Shown here in pieces: positions 39,473-49,542 of a stretch of DNA of 64,000 bases. This DNA comes from a virus. The notes under the pieces are model-generated. The model was given only the letters and a program-made list of their open reading frames with translations, was not told where the DNA came from and searched no databases. The stretch lies in the IMG/VR virus record IMGVR_UViG_3300045988_084534, positions 37,276 to 101,275 of that record. One strand, written 5' to 3'. The first letter of the stretch is position 1. Each line of letters opens with the position of its first letter. The position numbers and the translations under genes were made by a program.

Positions 39473-40087
39473 TCAACCTCCTCGATTTAACATTGCTTTT
39501 TCTTTTGCGCTCAATCGCCATGTTGGTGTATATTCAGTGCAAAGATGCGTTCCCTTGATTTTCTTAACGTATATTAACTTAATCTCTGTATCTAACCTCT
39601 TTGATTTATTTTGCATACCATTATGTGTCTTTGTACTACCCTTTGTTTGTCCTACATATTCCCAATTATCAGCTTTATACATACATCCTTTTCTTGTTTC
39701 GTTCTCAATGACAAATGTTTCAAATCCATGAACACGCACATGATACTGCGCTTCCCAATCTGCGGCGATTTGTTTGCGCCACATAGCTAAAATTTGCGTA
39801 CCAAGATTAGGCAAGTTCTTTTCCAACCGAAATACAGTATTGTTAATAATTGAGTTAAGCGCGACCCTCTTATTTTCTTTTGTCAAGCCGAAATAATCAT
39901 CTCTGGCTTTTACAGCATATACAGCAGATGCACCAGAAATAATCCCAACTGTCTCGCCATCCAATTTTATAAGATAATGAATTTGCTGACCAAATGTGCC
40001 ATGATTCGGTATATAATGTCTATCTCTAATTTCTTGATATTCTGGATTACTACGTTTACATCTTATCAGCTCTACATTATATTTCAT
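39473..40087 (-). CDS. DUF4338-like protein (the domain also found in Druantia DruA)
   Basis: HYL...G..VG...ASAVYAVKARDDYFG...NNTVFRL...NLGTQILAMW....DW...Y......ETFV.....G..YKADNW.YVGQTKG matches my recollection of the DUF4338 signature. Confidence 0.45.
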   Translation of the reverse strand: MKYNVELIRCKRSNPEYQEIRDRHYIPNHGTFGQQIHYLIKLDGETVGIISGASAVYAVKARDDYFGLTKENKRVALNSIINNTVFRLEKNLPNLGTQILAMWRKQIAADWEAQYHVRVHGFETFVIENETRKGCMYKADNWEYVGQTKGSTKTHNGMQNKSKRLDTEIKLIYVKKIKGTHLCTEYTPTWRLSAKEKAMLNRGG

Positions 40088-40125
40088 AAATAATAAAAAT
40101 CAACCTCCTTATTATTGATATAGTG

Positions 40126-40154
40126 ATTATATCATAAAGGAGGCTGATTGTCAA
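40126..40154 (-). promoter_or_regulatory. Sigma-70-type promoter (TTGACA-17-TATAAT)
   Basis: On the - strand: cTTGACAatcagcctcctttatgaTATAAT. Confidence 0.7.
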
Positions 40155-40162
40155 GAACTATA

Positions 40163-41215
40163 TTAAATTTTTACCCTACTTTCCCATAATTTCATTGCTT
40201 GCTTATATGGTATATCCATCATATTGCATTTATACATATTATATCCTTGATTATTATATACTATGCCGACTGAAAAATATGGCTTTAGCTTAGCCGCCAA
40301 TTTCTTCATCTTAACCACAAAGAACTTAAATTCATCATCACCTACTTGCTTATAGTCGCTATCCAGACATAATACCACATCATTCACACCTAGCTCTAGC
40401 AATAGCTGTATATGTTGTTTGCTTATATTAGAGCCAAAGACGGCTAGAGCATTATACAAATTGTAGCTTGGCGCTTTTAGCACTGACTTTTCACTCTCAA
40501 ATAGCACTACTTGATGTGATTTTTCAATAGCATCTTTATTTTGGTCATATCCATACATGACTTGTGACGTTGCCAGCTTTAGCACCTGTCCATCCAGCGT
40601 ACATATTGGTCTATATTTGCCCTTAGCTACATCTTGTTCTCTTGTATATCTCCCTCTTACGCCTACTAGCTGTCCATTAAATAGGACAGGTATGGATATA
40701 CACGCCTGACGCGCATACCAGCCTATACCAAATTTATCAAGTATATCCGCTGAAATTCCATAATCCAGCCATTCTTGCGGATATAAATGGTCAAACAGAG
40801 ATAATATGGACTTGTCATATGTCAAGAGCTTATCTGGCTCTGGCTCGGCATTAGGTAAAAATTGGCGCAATTCAGCCCAATTATCAAGTTGTTCATTTTG
40901 CTCTATTTGCCCTACTTGTAGATGCAGGACTGAGCAGATATATGACACAGCTTGATTGAAGTCAAGATGCTTGACGTGCTGAACTAGAGATATGACATCA
41001 CCTGAAAAGCCGCAGCTCCAACAGTGGAATGAGCCAGATTCCATATAATACCATAATTTGGGTTTATGCTTATCCCAATCAGAACCCCAATGACAAATTG
41101 AGCCGAATATCAGATTATTGCTATCAGCCTTCATCAATGGCGCACCCATAGCATCCATTAGCTCTATAATGCGGTCTTCAGTTAGTTGCGATTTGAGAGA
41201 TGTGATGTCAATCAT
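40163..41215 (-). CDS. dnaG: DNA primase (DnaG-type: CHC2 zinc finger plus TOPRIM)
   Basis: Zinc finger CH...17...FHCWSCGFSGDVISLV. TOPRIM residues VVLFESEKSVLK...VVLCLDSD. Confidence 0.75.
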   Translation of the reverse strand: MIDITSLKSQLTEDRIIELMDAMGAPLMKADSNNLIFGSICHWGSDWDKHKPKLWYYMESGSFHCWSCGFSGDVISLVQHVKHLDFNQAVSYICSVLHLQVGQIEQNEQLDNWAELRQFLPNAEPEPDKLLTYDKSILSLFDHLYPQEWLDYGISADILDKFGIGWYARQACISIPVLFNGQLVGVRGRYTREQDVAKGKYRPICTLDGQVLKLATSQVMYGYDQNKDAIEKSHQVVLFESEKSVLKAPSYNLYNALAVFGSNISKQHIQLLLELGVNDVVLCLDSDYKQVGDDEFKFFVVKMKKLAAKLKPYFSVGIVYNNQGYNMYKCNMMDIPYKQAMKLWESRVKI

Positions 41216-41481
41216 ATTTCATAGGGTTCACTTTCCCATCTAGCACCACAGGTGTAGCAACTGTAACAATCCACTTGCATATAGCGAAATTTGAACGAAC
41301 CCTCTGCATAATTCCTACAAGTCAAAGCCTCGGATAATCCTTTATTTAGAATTCCCTCTTTGAAATATTCAAGAAAGTTTTTTGTTTCCCCACAGCAGGG
41401 ACAAACATCACAACCCACATTAGCTAATTTCTTTCTTTGAGCATCATTTAGAGCGTCGTAATTGCTTCTAGTAATTTTCAT
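41212..41481 (-). CDS. Cys-rich small protein
   Basis: CDVCPCCGE...CYSCYTCG. Confidence 0.45.
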   Translation of the reverse strand: MKITRSNYDALNDAQRKKLANVGCDVCPCCGETKNFLEYFKEGILNKGLSEALTCRNYAEGSFKFRYMQVDCYSCYTCGARWESEPYEI

Positions 41482-41690
41482 TTATGTCTCCTTTTGACAA
41501 TGATTGGAATTTCTCCTCGTCTATCTTTCCATTCCCAATAATAATCACTGTCATTTATAGTGGCGACAAGAAAATCCATAGCATCTGCAAGTTCACCGGC
41601 ATAGCAATAGTATGCTCCACCATAATCTCCTCCATGTTGAACGGCAGCTTCAATAACGTTGTTTAATGCTTTAAGTTGTTTATCGTTCAT
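41478..41690 (-). CDS. Hypothetical small protein
   Basis: 70-aa ORF with overlapping stop/start. Confidence 0.45.
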   Translation of the reverse strand: MNDKQLKALNNVIEAAVQHGGDYGGAYYCYAGELADAMDFLVATINDSDYYWEWKDRRGEIPIIVKRRHK

Positions 41691-41886
41691 TTATATTCTC
41701 CTTATACCACAATACAATTTCCTCTGGCACATATCTCTGTACCACTTTAACAAACGGCGCTTCATCATCGTGTAGTCCAATCACAATATCGTAGTCTTGA
41801 TAATATGGCACATCAGCCAATAGTTTAGCTGCATTTACGGCAATATCCTGTGCACATAGTTGTAACTTTTTTACTCTATCAATCAT
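41680..41886 (-). CDS. Hypothetical small protein
   Basis: 68-aa ORF with overlapping stop/start. Confidence 0.45.
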   Translation of the reverse strand: MIDRVKKLQLCAQDIAVNAAKLLADVPYYQDYDIVIGLHDDEAPFVKVVQRYVPEEIVLWYKENINER

Positions 41887-43355
41887 TTAGCATACACCAA
41901 CCTTGTTCTTTGAAGATTATAGGGATTATCAAATTTTGTGGTTACAAAACAATCCTTTGTTCGACCTGTATTCAAATCAAGATGAAAATATATCTTAATT
42001 CCTTGTTCAACTTGTGAAAAGCGCATTTTATAGACGGATAAGCACCTGTTTGGCTTTACCTTATCAGGATATTTTTCCATCATCATATCAGCTATCTCTT
42101 GCTCTTTACGGCGCAATGGCATGATTACGCCAGCCACATCAGCCTTGTTTTGAATGGCTCTTGAACCAGCCGCAACGCCACTATCCATAATCTCCTGCGT
42201 CATAGCATTAGCGTTTACCTGAGTAAATGTCAAGACGGCTATATTATATTCAACAGCTAAATCCTTGAGCTTGCTTGCTATACCAGATAGCACCTGATCT
42301 GAACGAGTAGATACACCATTCTTTTTAGCTAAGTCGCTTGATACAGATGAGGATTCAACGATATAATCATAACATAGAAAGCCTACTTGCTTATTGACTA
42401 CATAATCCTTTACATAGGATTCAATTAGGTCAACAGTATAATTAGGCATTGTAACAATATATAGCTTAGATTCATGCAGAATTTTAATAGCCTCATCTAC
42501 ACGTTCTTCTTCGCCTTCCTCGTACCGCCCATTTAGGATGCTAAAGCATGGTACGCCGCTAATTGTAGCCACAATCTTAGGCGTAATTTCAGTATCACCA
42601 GCCATCTCAAATTGGAGATATAGACCAGCCTTATGCTGATAGCATGGATTATCTACATATTGCTCCTTATCTATATCATAGATTCTAGGACAGCATACTT
42701 GCACAAGATTGGCTAAGCCAAGAGTTGACTTGCCTACGCCTGAGCCGACTGAATAAATAGATAGTTGCCCCGGAATCCAGCCTCTAGCCGCTGTGTTTAG
42801 ATATTCACTAAAGGTTGTTGCGCCAAATAGCGGTTCTGCCTTGAAGCCCTCTTTAACTGCCTCAAATCCATCACCGGCTTTTAGTTCATCTATATCTTTG
42901 TCTTTATAGAATTGCTTCTTTATAGCTATCTGCTGTGCATCAAAATATTGTACTATATCTTCTATGTTTGCTTTATCATCTTGCTCAAATTTGTCTACGT
43001 TGTAGCCAGCCGTCTTATATGAACGGAGTAACGTTGCGCGGCGTACATTGTTGTAATAGACCTCAAAATTACCTACATTAGCAAGTTGCTTGACTGTATC
43101 AATGAAATCGTCTAGCTGATTTAGCTTGAATATATCCTCTACTTGCTTATTGTTCTTACATAGTATATAGAGGTCTAGTGCAGATATAGATTCAGCTCCA
43201 CGTTTAGCTAAAGCAACACAACCCTGCCACAATCTGAGATGAAAATCGACCGTGAAATCATCTCTGCTTAGGGGGTACTTATCAGAAATAGCAAGAGAGG
43301 GCTTGATTAGCAAACAACCCAATAGCAACCTAACAGAATTTTGGTCATAGAGCAA
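41883..43355 (-). CDS. dnaB: Replicative DNA helicase (DnaB-like)
   Basis: The N-terminal LLGCLLIKPSL is DnaB-N-like. Walker A is SVGSGVGKSTLG. A RecA-like core follows. Confidence 0.7.
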   Translation of the reverse strand: MLYDQNSVRLLLGCLLIKPSLAISDKYPLSRDDFTVDFHLRLWQGCVALAKRGAESISALDLYILCKNNKQVEDIFKLNQLDDFIDTVKQLANVGNFEVYYNNVRRATLLRSYKTAGYNVDKFEQDDKANIEDIVQYFDAQQIAIKKQFYKDKDIDELKAGDGFEAVKEGFKAEPLFGATTFSEYLNTAARGWIPGQLSIYSVGSGVGKSTLGLANLVQVCCPRIYDIDKEQYVDNPCYQHKAGLYLQFEMAGDTEITPKIVATISGVPCFSILNGRYEEGEEERVDEAIKILHESKLYIVTMPNYTVDLIESYVKDYVVNKQVGFLCYDYIVESSSVSSDLAKKNGVSTRSDQVLSGIASKLKDLAVEYNIAVLTFTQVNANAMTQEIMDSGVAAGSRAIQNKADVAGVIMPLRRKEQEIADMMMEKYPDKVKPNRCLSVYKMRFSQVEQGIKIYFHLDLNTGRTKDCFVTTKFDNPYNLQRTRLVYAK

Positions 43356-43418
43356 TGATTATTCCTCCACTATACCTTTGATTTCTTTTACCTTTTCAAT
43401 ATATTCTTTGAAGCTAAA

Positions 43419-43724
43419 TCATTTATCTTTCATTAGATGTCCAACTTTATCAATCGTGTTGTGATCATCTATATGGACTCGCACATATTTACCCTTTAGG
43501 TCTTCCCATTTATCAACCTCAAGCGTTTTCATCAACTCAATAATAGCACCATATCCATCAGATGAACCGTAATGTCCAGCTTCATTACACCAATGGTCAA
43601 GGCAGTAACCACCCATACCACCACCCCAACCAGCACCTTCAACAAAAATATAGGCCGTTAGACAGCCATGATCTTCACCTAATTTAGTATCTGTAATTTT
43701 AGCATTTAGCGTTTCGTTTCTCAT
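43419..43724 (-). CDS. Hypothetical protein
   Basis: 101-aa ORF. Confidence 0.45.
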   Translation of the reverse strand: MRNETLNAKITDTKLGEDHGCLTAYIFVEGAGWGGGMGGYCLDHWCNEAGHYGSSDGYGAIIELMKTLEVDKWEDLKGKYVRVHIDDHNTIDKVGHLMKDK

Positions 43725-43836
43725 ACTACCTTATTCCTCCTTGCTTAATACGTCTAATTCACAGAATGTGCCTTGCCAATGCGGGCAATCTGTATCAGGA
43801 GCGGTGCATTTAGCACCATCTTTATATGGACACATA

Positions 43837-44100
43837 TTAACTATACACCTCATCAAAATATATCCACTGCCCACATTCATGACAGTATCTAAAATCAGAG
43901 TTGATTGGCTCTCCACAAGCAGGACAACGACCCTCCCAATTATGAAAATCAGCCCAATATGTTTTTTCTGCCTTTCGCGGTATCTGTTTCTTCAGCGCTT
44001 TAATAATGGTATCCATATACGGCTCAATATCGCCTGTATCAAGCATACCGCTTGTTAAAGCATCAAGAGCTTCATCGTATTCATTGACATATTGTTTCAT
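43837..44100 (-). CDS. Zinc-ribbon small protein
   Basis: CPACGEPINSDFRYCHECG. Confidence 0.45.
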   Translation of the reverse strand: MKQYVNEYDEALDALTSGMLDTGDIEPYMDTIIKALKKQIPRKAEKTYWADFHNWEGRCPACGEPINSDFRYCHECGQWIYFDEVYS

Positions 44101-44594
44101 AATCTAGCATTCTCCGGCAGTTTAATTCTAATCCAGCAATCAGAGCTATCTACAAGCCGCTCTTCACCCGTGTCACTATCTACCCATTCATGTTCATCAC
44201 AACGATATTCGCACATATGGCATAGCGGATATAGATATTCTCCATCTTCTGTGCAATGTGCAACCAATACTTCTTCAAAATCATTTGGCAGTTCGTCGTT
44301 TAATACTTTATTCCATTTCATTATTTCTGGTTCCTCCTTATCAATATTATCCCAATCAATCATCTGTCCACAACTGTGGCAATATGTATCCTTAATCCTA
44401 CCATAATCATGCTCTATGCCCATATCGCAATTAGGACAGGCCCATCCCTCTGCATCTTCTTCTTTACGATAATAGGGTTTATCTGGTAACTGCTTATTAA
44501 GGGCATCTACGATAGCACAAAGCACCTCTGGATCAGATTCATACATGATATTTGAGAACACCCATCTTAGTGCCTCATTATAATCATATTCCAT
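44097..44594 (-). CDS. Zinc-ribbon protein with C-terminal DUF551-like module
   Basis: CPNCD...CHSCG, then IMKWNKVLNDELPNDFEEVLV...CWIRIKLPEN. Confidence 0.5.
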   Translation of the reverse strand: MEYDYNEALRWVFSNIMYESDPEVLCAIVDALNKQLPDKPYYRKEEDAEGWACPNCDMGIEHDYGRIKDTYCHSCGQMIDWDNIDKEEPEIMKWNKVLNDELPNDFEEVLVAHCTEDGEYLYPLCHMCEYRCDEHEWVDSDTGEERLVDSSDCWIRIKLPENARL

Positions 44595-44597
44595 TTC

Positions 44598-44819
44598 TTA
44601 TTCCTCCGGCAATTCAATATATGCCCAACGGTCAATATCTGATGCGCCAATATATTCTGTCCCGCCATCATAATATTCCCAGCATCCGTTTTCACTATAT
44701 TTCATAACATAAACAAAATTTTCGTTGTATTGGTCATAATAATTTGGCATCGCAACAAACACAGGTTTTTTAATTGGAGGCAATTCGTCACTCACTTTAT
44801 GCCATTTCATCATCATCAA
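44598..44819 (-). CDS. DUF551-like small protein (paralog family)
   Basis: MKWHKVSDELPPIKKPVFV...RWAYIELPEE. Confidence 0.55.
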   Translation of the reverse strand: MMMMKWHKVSDELPPIKKPVFVAMPNYYDQYNENFVYVMKYSENGCWEYYDGGTEYIGASDIDRWAYIELPEE

Positions 44820-45072
44820 TCTCCTTCACAACCATATTATCTTTATCAACTCTAAAGTCAGCAACTCTAAAACAATGAAAATCAGAGCAACATCCACAGC
44901 CATCAGCTATTTTTTGATGCTCTTGGTCATCATGTAATCCACACCCAACTAGCCCACTACAAACAATATCTCCGTCTTTATTAAAGAAAAATTCATGATG
45001 GGCATACATACAGAAATCACAACAAGCAAATTTTAGACATTCTTCAGAGCATCCAATCATTTTATGCTTCAT
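44797..45072 (-). CDS. Cys-rich small protein
   Basis: 91 aa with about 14 Cys residues. Confidence 0.4.
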   Translation of the reverse strand: MKHKMIGCSEECLKFACCDFCMYAHHEFFFNKDGDIVCSGLVGCGLHDDQEHQKIADGCGCCSDFHCFRVADFRVDKDNMVVKEIDDDEMA

Positions 45073-45551
45073 CCAAATACATCCTCCTCATCATTTCTTT
45101 TCACAATCGTCTCAATCCCATCTTCAGCTTGCCATTGCTGTATATTTTGTCTTACCTGATTTAGCCAAGTATAATATTTTTTACATTCATCGTATTTATA
45201 CTTGACTAGTCCGAGCGGCGATTTAGATATATCCAATCCTTGCTCTTTATTGATATATCTGATAGTATAAGCAATGCCTCCATATGTCATATCAGGGTTA
45301 TCGCTCATTAGCTTCGCAAGTTGTATGCCTACAAGTCGCATATTGGCATCAGGGGCGATTTGGTGTATATAATCCAGCAATTTGCGCCTATCATCTTTTG
45401 ATTCTGTCTTTGGCTTGGCAGTATGAGCATTGATATAATCCTGCTTACATTGCTCACAGCAAAAATAGAATTTAGGCTTATATTCGATTGCATTTTGTTT
45501 TGGCGTTGATTTACCACATTGACGGCATTTAATTGTAGGTGGCTTTCTCAT
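45069..45551 (-). CDS. Zinc-finger protein, unknown function
   Basis: CRQCG...CCEQC at the N-terminus; 160 aa. Confidence 0.45.
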   Translation of the reverse strand: MRKPPTIKCRQCGKSTPKQNAIEYKPKFYFCCEQCKQDYINAHTAKPKTESKDDRRKLLDYIHQIAPDANMRLVGIQLAKLMSDNPDMTYGGIAYTIRYINKEQGLDISKSPLGLVKYKYDECKKYYTWLNQVRQNIQQWQAEDGIETIVKRNDEEDVFG

Positions 45552-45700
45552 TCGCTCACCACTCTTGCCGCGTCTACTCTAAGGTCAATACGACGAGCTT
45601 TAGCAATCGCCTCATCAAAAGAATCGGCTTCAACGTAAATGTACGTTTTCTTATTGCCATTGATATAGTCATAATACCACGCTTCCCATTTCATCATCAT
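45548..45700 (-). CDS. Small ORF (50 aa) missing from the ORF track
   Basis: GGAGGT then ATG at 45700. Translation is MMMKWEAWYYDYINGNKKTYIYVEADSFDEAIAKARRIDLRVDAARVVSE. Its stop overlaps the next ATG (ATGA). It lies downstream of promoter 45725-45753. Confidence 0.5.
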   Translation of the reverse strand: MMMKWEAWYYDYINGNKKTYIYVEADSFDEAIAKARRIDLRVDAARVVSE

Positions 45701-45724
45701 TACCTCCATCTCTTTGATAATCTA

Positions 45725-45753
45725 AGTATAGCATATATTGATTGATTTGTCAA
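45725..45753 (-). promoter_or_regulatory. Sigma-70-type promoter (TTGACA-17-TATACT)
   Basis: On the - strand: cTTGACAaatcaatcaatatatgcTATACT. Confidence 0.65.
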
Positions 45754-46379
45754 GAGGAAATTATCTCATATTCTAACATCCACTTATCAATTTCTTCTTG
45801 ACTCATAGCCGCATCTGTTCTCTTACAATCAACCACGCTAAGACCGCTAGGATGCGTTATGACTCGATTTTGCTCTATGCTATATCCTACATCATATTCA
45901 AGCCGCAATCGGCATATACAGCCCTCACAGCCGTCAGGACGCTTGATATTGAATACCCTAGGCGAATCGCCGCATATATTTAAGAACCGGCTCGAATCAA
46001 TCCATTGTCCATCCATTTCTATGTTCATGCTATCAGGCGCATTATCTTCAACGATACGGCAATATTGTACATTATAATACAATGATTTTTTCCATTCATT
46101 GATATTGCCTGATACCAATAGCCTAGTAGGCATATCAGATTTTTTCATTGTATAATAATGTTTGTTTTTGACATATATATAGCTGTCTATTCGTGGATGG
46201 ATATATTGCACCATATTGAGTAATGATTTGATTTGCGCCTCATTCCATTTGCGACTCAATGTTTGGCTCATGGTAAGGCATTGATTATTGGTGATGACGC
46301 TGAATCTGGTTTTCATATGGGTCTGATATAGGTCAATTCGCAGCTCTTGCAGTTGAGCTACACATAGAAATCTATTCAA
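45750..46379 (-). CDS. Hypothetical protein
   Basis: TTG start 7 nt after GAGGTG; 209 aa. Confidence 0.45.
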   Translation of the reverse strand: MNRFLCVAQLQELRIDLYQTHMKTRFSVITNNQCLTMSQTLSRKWNEAQIKSLLNMVQYIHPRIDSYIYVKNKHYYTMKKSDMPTRLLVSGNINEWKKSLYYNVQYCRIVEDNAPDSMNIEMDGQWIDSSRFLNICGDSPRVFNIKRPDGCEGCICRLRLEYDVGYSIEQNRVITHPSGLSVVDCKRTDAAMSQEEIDKWMLEYEIISS

Positions 46380-46398
46380 GCATCATCACCTCACAGAT

Positions 46399-46427
46399 AT
46401 TATATAATAAAAAGGCGGGATTGTCAA
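46399..46427 (-). promoter_or_regulatory. Sigma-70-type promoter whose -35 lies in the loop of the preceding terminator
   Basis: On the - strand: cTTGACAatcccgcctttttattaTATAAT. Confidence 0.65.
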
Positions 46428-46438
46428 GCCCCGCCTTT
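46405..46438 (-). terminator. Rho-independent terminator after the SSB-like gene
   Basis: On the - strand: AAAGGCGGG-gcttgacaat-CCCGCCTTT followed by TTATTAT. Confidence 0.7.
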
Positions 46439-46445
46439 AATATTT

Positions 46446-47078
46446 TTATAGATTGAATGGATTATCGTCAGAATCATCCCACGGATTTTCTGATTCAGCA
46501 GGAGTTGGCGTATCAGTAGGCGTTGTATTGAATACATCACCAAAATCAGGAATTGGGTCATTGGCAGGAGCGGTTGTTGTTTTGGTGGTGGTTAGTCTCT
46601 TAATCTCTCTGATTGTGAAATCACCACTACGAATCTTGTCTGCACTGTGGAACATATCTGGCTTGCAACTAACGGCAACCTTACCATTCTGTCCTACAAA
46701 TTCCTCCTCACGGAATGTTGCACCAACCAGCTTCTTTACAAACTGCTGTTCATGCTCCTCATCCCAAACAAATCCCTTGTTACTATTCTGAACAGCGGTT
46801 ACAAACTGCTTAAAGAATGGAAGGGCGCGTTCGTTATTTTCATCATAGGACTTAGAGAATCTGCCGCCCCACTTTTTATTCTCGTTTGTGTTTGACTTAT
46901 ACCGCTCATTATAATAATCCTTATATTCGCCCTCTGCGATGTCATAGTAGAAATCTAGCCGGTTATACTCAGGCACATCGACAACCTCCAAGATGCGAAG
47001 GACGTAGCCTCCGACTGGCAGTCTCTTATAACTACCGCTTCCTGCTTCCTTAACCTTACTTAGATCAACTTTCTTCAT
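46446..47078 (-). CDS. SSB-like protein (DUF669-type, acidic C-terminal tail)
   Basis: N-terminal SGSYKRLPVGGYVLRILEV and C-terminal WDDSDDNPFNL. Adjacent to the Sak4-like ATPase. Confidence 0.5.
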   Translation of the reverse strand: MKKVDLSKVKEAGSGSYKRLPVGGYVLRILEVVDVPEYNRLDFYYDIAEGEYKDYYNERYKSNTNENKKWGGRFSKSYDENNERALPFFKQFVTAVQNSNKGFVWDEEHEQQFVKKLVGATFREEEFVGQNGKVAVSCKPDMFHSADKIRSGDFTIREIKRLTTTKTTTAPANDPIPDFGDVFNTTPTDTPTPAESENPWDDSDDNPFNL

Positions 47079-47146
47079 AATTCTTTACCTTTCTGAAATT
47101 TAATGAATTTTATTTATATCTTACTCAGCTTTTTTAGCTGTAGTAA

Positions 47147-47779
47147 TTAGAAATCTTTCAGCGCATCAATGACCAGTATAATGTCATTAGGAATTTCATC
47201 CTTTTCAAACGCGCCTCTTGGTGTCTTAGCGGTGCTATTCTTGGCTCTTGTTTCAAACACATATTCGCCATTCTCATTGATTCGAGATAGTAGCACAGTG
47301 GTCATCTTGCTCTCAAGACAAATCTTGTTGAGCTTGCGCCCATTAGTAAGCATACAGGTAAATCCGTCATCACTGGTCTGAGTATGACCAATGAGAATCA
47401 CAGTCAGATCGTCACGCATCTTATTAGAGAAATCAACAATGCTATATACGCTCTGTGCTAAGTCCATCCATTTGTCATATGCCTTTTCCTTGGCTCGGCG
47501 CATCTCATCTGCTACCATACATCCATTTAATGTATCAATCACAAGATACTTAATCTGCTTCTGCTTATCATTGATTTGCTGCATCAGACTATAAATAGAA
47601 TTGGGGTCATCACATACAAAATAGTTCTTATTTGCCTTATTGTACTGATTACGCCATCCTTTCCAACTTAGTCCCTTACCATCCGCATCAATATAGAATG
47701 TCAGCTTTGGGTCAAGATGTTCTAGGCTAGTTGTCTTACCAGAACCGCTTGCTCCAAGAATCATAATTGCCTTACTCAT
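47147..47779 (-). CDS. Sak4-like RecA-fold ATPase (AAA_24-type recombination protein)
   Basis: Walker A is ILGASGSGKTTS and Walker B-like is YLVIDTLN; about 210 aa. Confidence 0.6.
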   Translation of the reverse strand: MSKAIMILGASGSGKTTSLEHLDPKLTFYIDADGKGLSWKGWRNQYNKANKNYFVCDDPNSIYSLMQQINDKQKQIKYLVIDTLNGCMVADEMRRAKEKAYDKWMDLAQSVYSIVDFSNKMRDDLTVILIGHTQTSDDGFTCMLTNGRKLNKICLESKMTTVLLSRINENGEYVFETRAKNSTAKTPRGAFEKDEIPNDIILVIDALKDF

Positions 47780-47787
47780 TTACTTAC

Positions 47788-47988
47788 TTAATCCTCCTCT
47801 AATTTTACACAATATTCTGATTCATAAAATATACAATCTTCACAATTAAATGTATTGTAGCAACACTCTTTGCAATTCTTTGGCACATCATATCCCATAT
47901 CACTATACCAATCATATTGACTATCAAGCGCAATCGGGCAATGCCCGGTCACACATTCATTTGCACAGAATCCTTTACATTTCTTCAT
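47788..47988 (-). CDS. Cys-rich small protein
   Basis: 66 aa with 12 Cys residues. Confidence 0.4.
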   Translation of the reverse strand: MKKCKGFCANECVTGHCPIALDSQYDWYSDMGYDVPKNCKECCYNTFNCEDCIFYESEYCVKLEED

Positions 47989-49436
47989 GCTTCTTCCACA
48001 CTTTCATCTCCTGATACGTTTCAGATAATGTCACCCATTCGCCATTTTCGTCTTTTTTCATTTTGTTTTTCTCTTGCAATACTACCCTTGCTACATCACC
48101 CTTTTGTAATTGATGGTTCGTCCAGAATTTCTTACTAGCTCTATATGTGCGTTCTGCCCCATAACAAATATTGTATAGTGTGCAATAAACCGTACCGTAT
48201 CCTGTTGTCTTGACATCTAGCACTAACCAGTCATTAGAGTCTGAATTGGGGTCACTGCAATCTACATATCCTAATAGCTCAATCTGCCATTTCAGCTTAT
48301 CAGCAATAGTTGTCTTAGGCATTTTCATTGAGCGCAGGATTGATAAGATGATGCCGCGATTATCAAGCTGACTAGCTGTTTTCTCTGTTAGCTTACCAGT
48401 ATACGGCGTAAGCATATCTACATTATAACCCATTTTAGCCCATTTGTCAAGTTTAATTGTCTTACATTTTGAAAAATTTTTATATATATCAATGCCAATT
48501 AGCAATGCTTTAGCAGAACCATAGCAATCAAGATAGCCCAACTTAATCAATTTATCAAGTTGCGAATAACCGCATTTTAGATTGGGCAAATCATCAAGTA
48601 AATCGAGGAATGATGGATATGGCTTTTCTTTACCAATCAATTCTATCTCATTCTTGATTTCGTTATCTACACCCTTGATTTCATTCTTAACCTTAGATTG
48701 ACCTCTGCCTGTTAAGAAATCGTTAAGACGCTTATTGGCTTCATCAATATAATATTGCTTATCAAGATAATCTGGTACTTTTACGCCTATGACGTTCTCG
48801 TTATAGATAAAGCATCTATCAGCAGTTCCAGCCATCTTTTCAGGATTGCCACCATCTTTTACCTTGAATACACCAGCATCCGATTCTCTTGTAGATGCAA
48901 ATACGCGTAATACGCGCTCTCTTAAAACCGTGTCGCCGTGCATAGAATGGACATATGAACCGCCTATTTTGACAATCTTCTGAAATTCAATCAGGTCATT
49001 ACAGTTGTTGATTGTATCTTCAATGGGTGTACCTGAGATGAAATAAGAATTGAGGGCTTTGTTAAGAATAGGCAGGTCATAATCAACCTTGCTCAATTTC
49101 TTTACATACGCGCCTTTGCTTTTCGGACCATCCTCTTCAACTAAGATATAGTTATTTACATCCTTTTGCCAGATAGCTGAAGCATAATCAAATTCAAGAG
49201 ATAGCCGCACCCTCTTTTCCCAATCGTGCATGATTTGCTCAACAATCGGTTCATTTGCTTCATCCTCAAAATAGACATATACACCATCTGTGTTAGACTG
49301 AATCAATTTACAGTATGGCTCAATTTTCTCAATCAAGTCAAGCAACAATAGCTGACCTGTTACACAGACACACCGGCACATTCTTGGATCGTATAGTGGA
49401 TTGTGTTCATCACCAGATGCCCCGTAAGTCGAATTT
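47975..49436 (-). CDS. Family B DNA polymerase, exon 2
   Basis: The spliced junction gives motif B KIVL-NSTYGA. Motif C is SNTDGVYV. The frame is open back to 49436. Confidence 0.85.
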
Positions 49437-49542
49437 CCTTAATACCCATGATTTACCATTTACATGAGAGTAGACTATATCATCAAGTTCACCGCTTCCA
49501 TCGTCGTGCCAATAGACGATGTACTCCCGTAAGGGATAGTCG

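Noticed and set aside
43731-43916. 61-aa ORF overlapping the 3' end of 43837..44100
   Set aside because: The long form overlaps the better-supported zinc-ribbon gene by 80 nt. Only a 34-aa version starting at 43835 (MCPYKDG..., after GAGGTG) would be plausible. That is too short to support from sequence alone.
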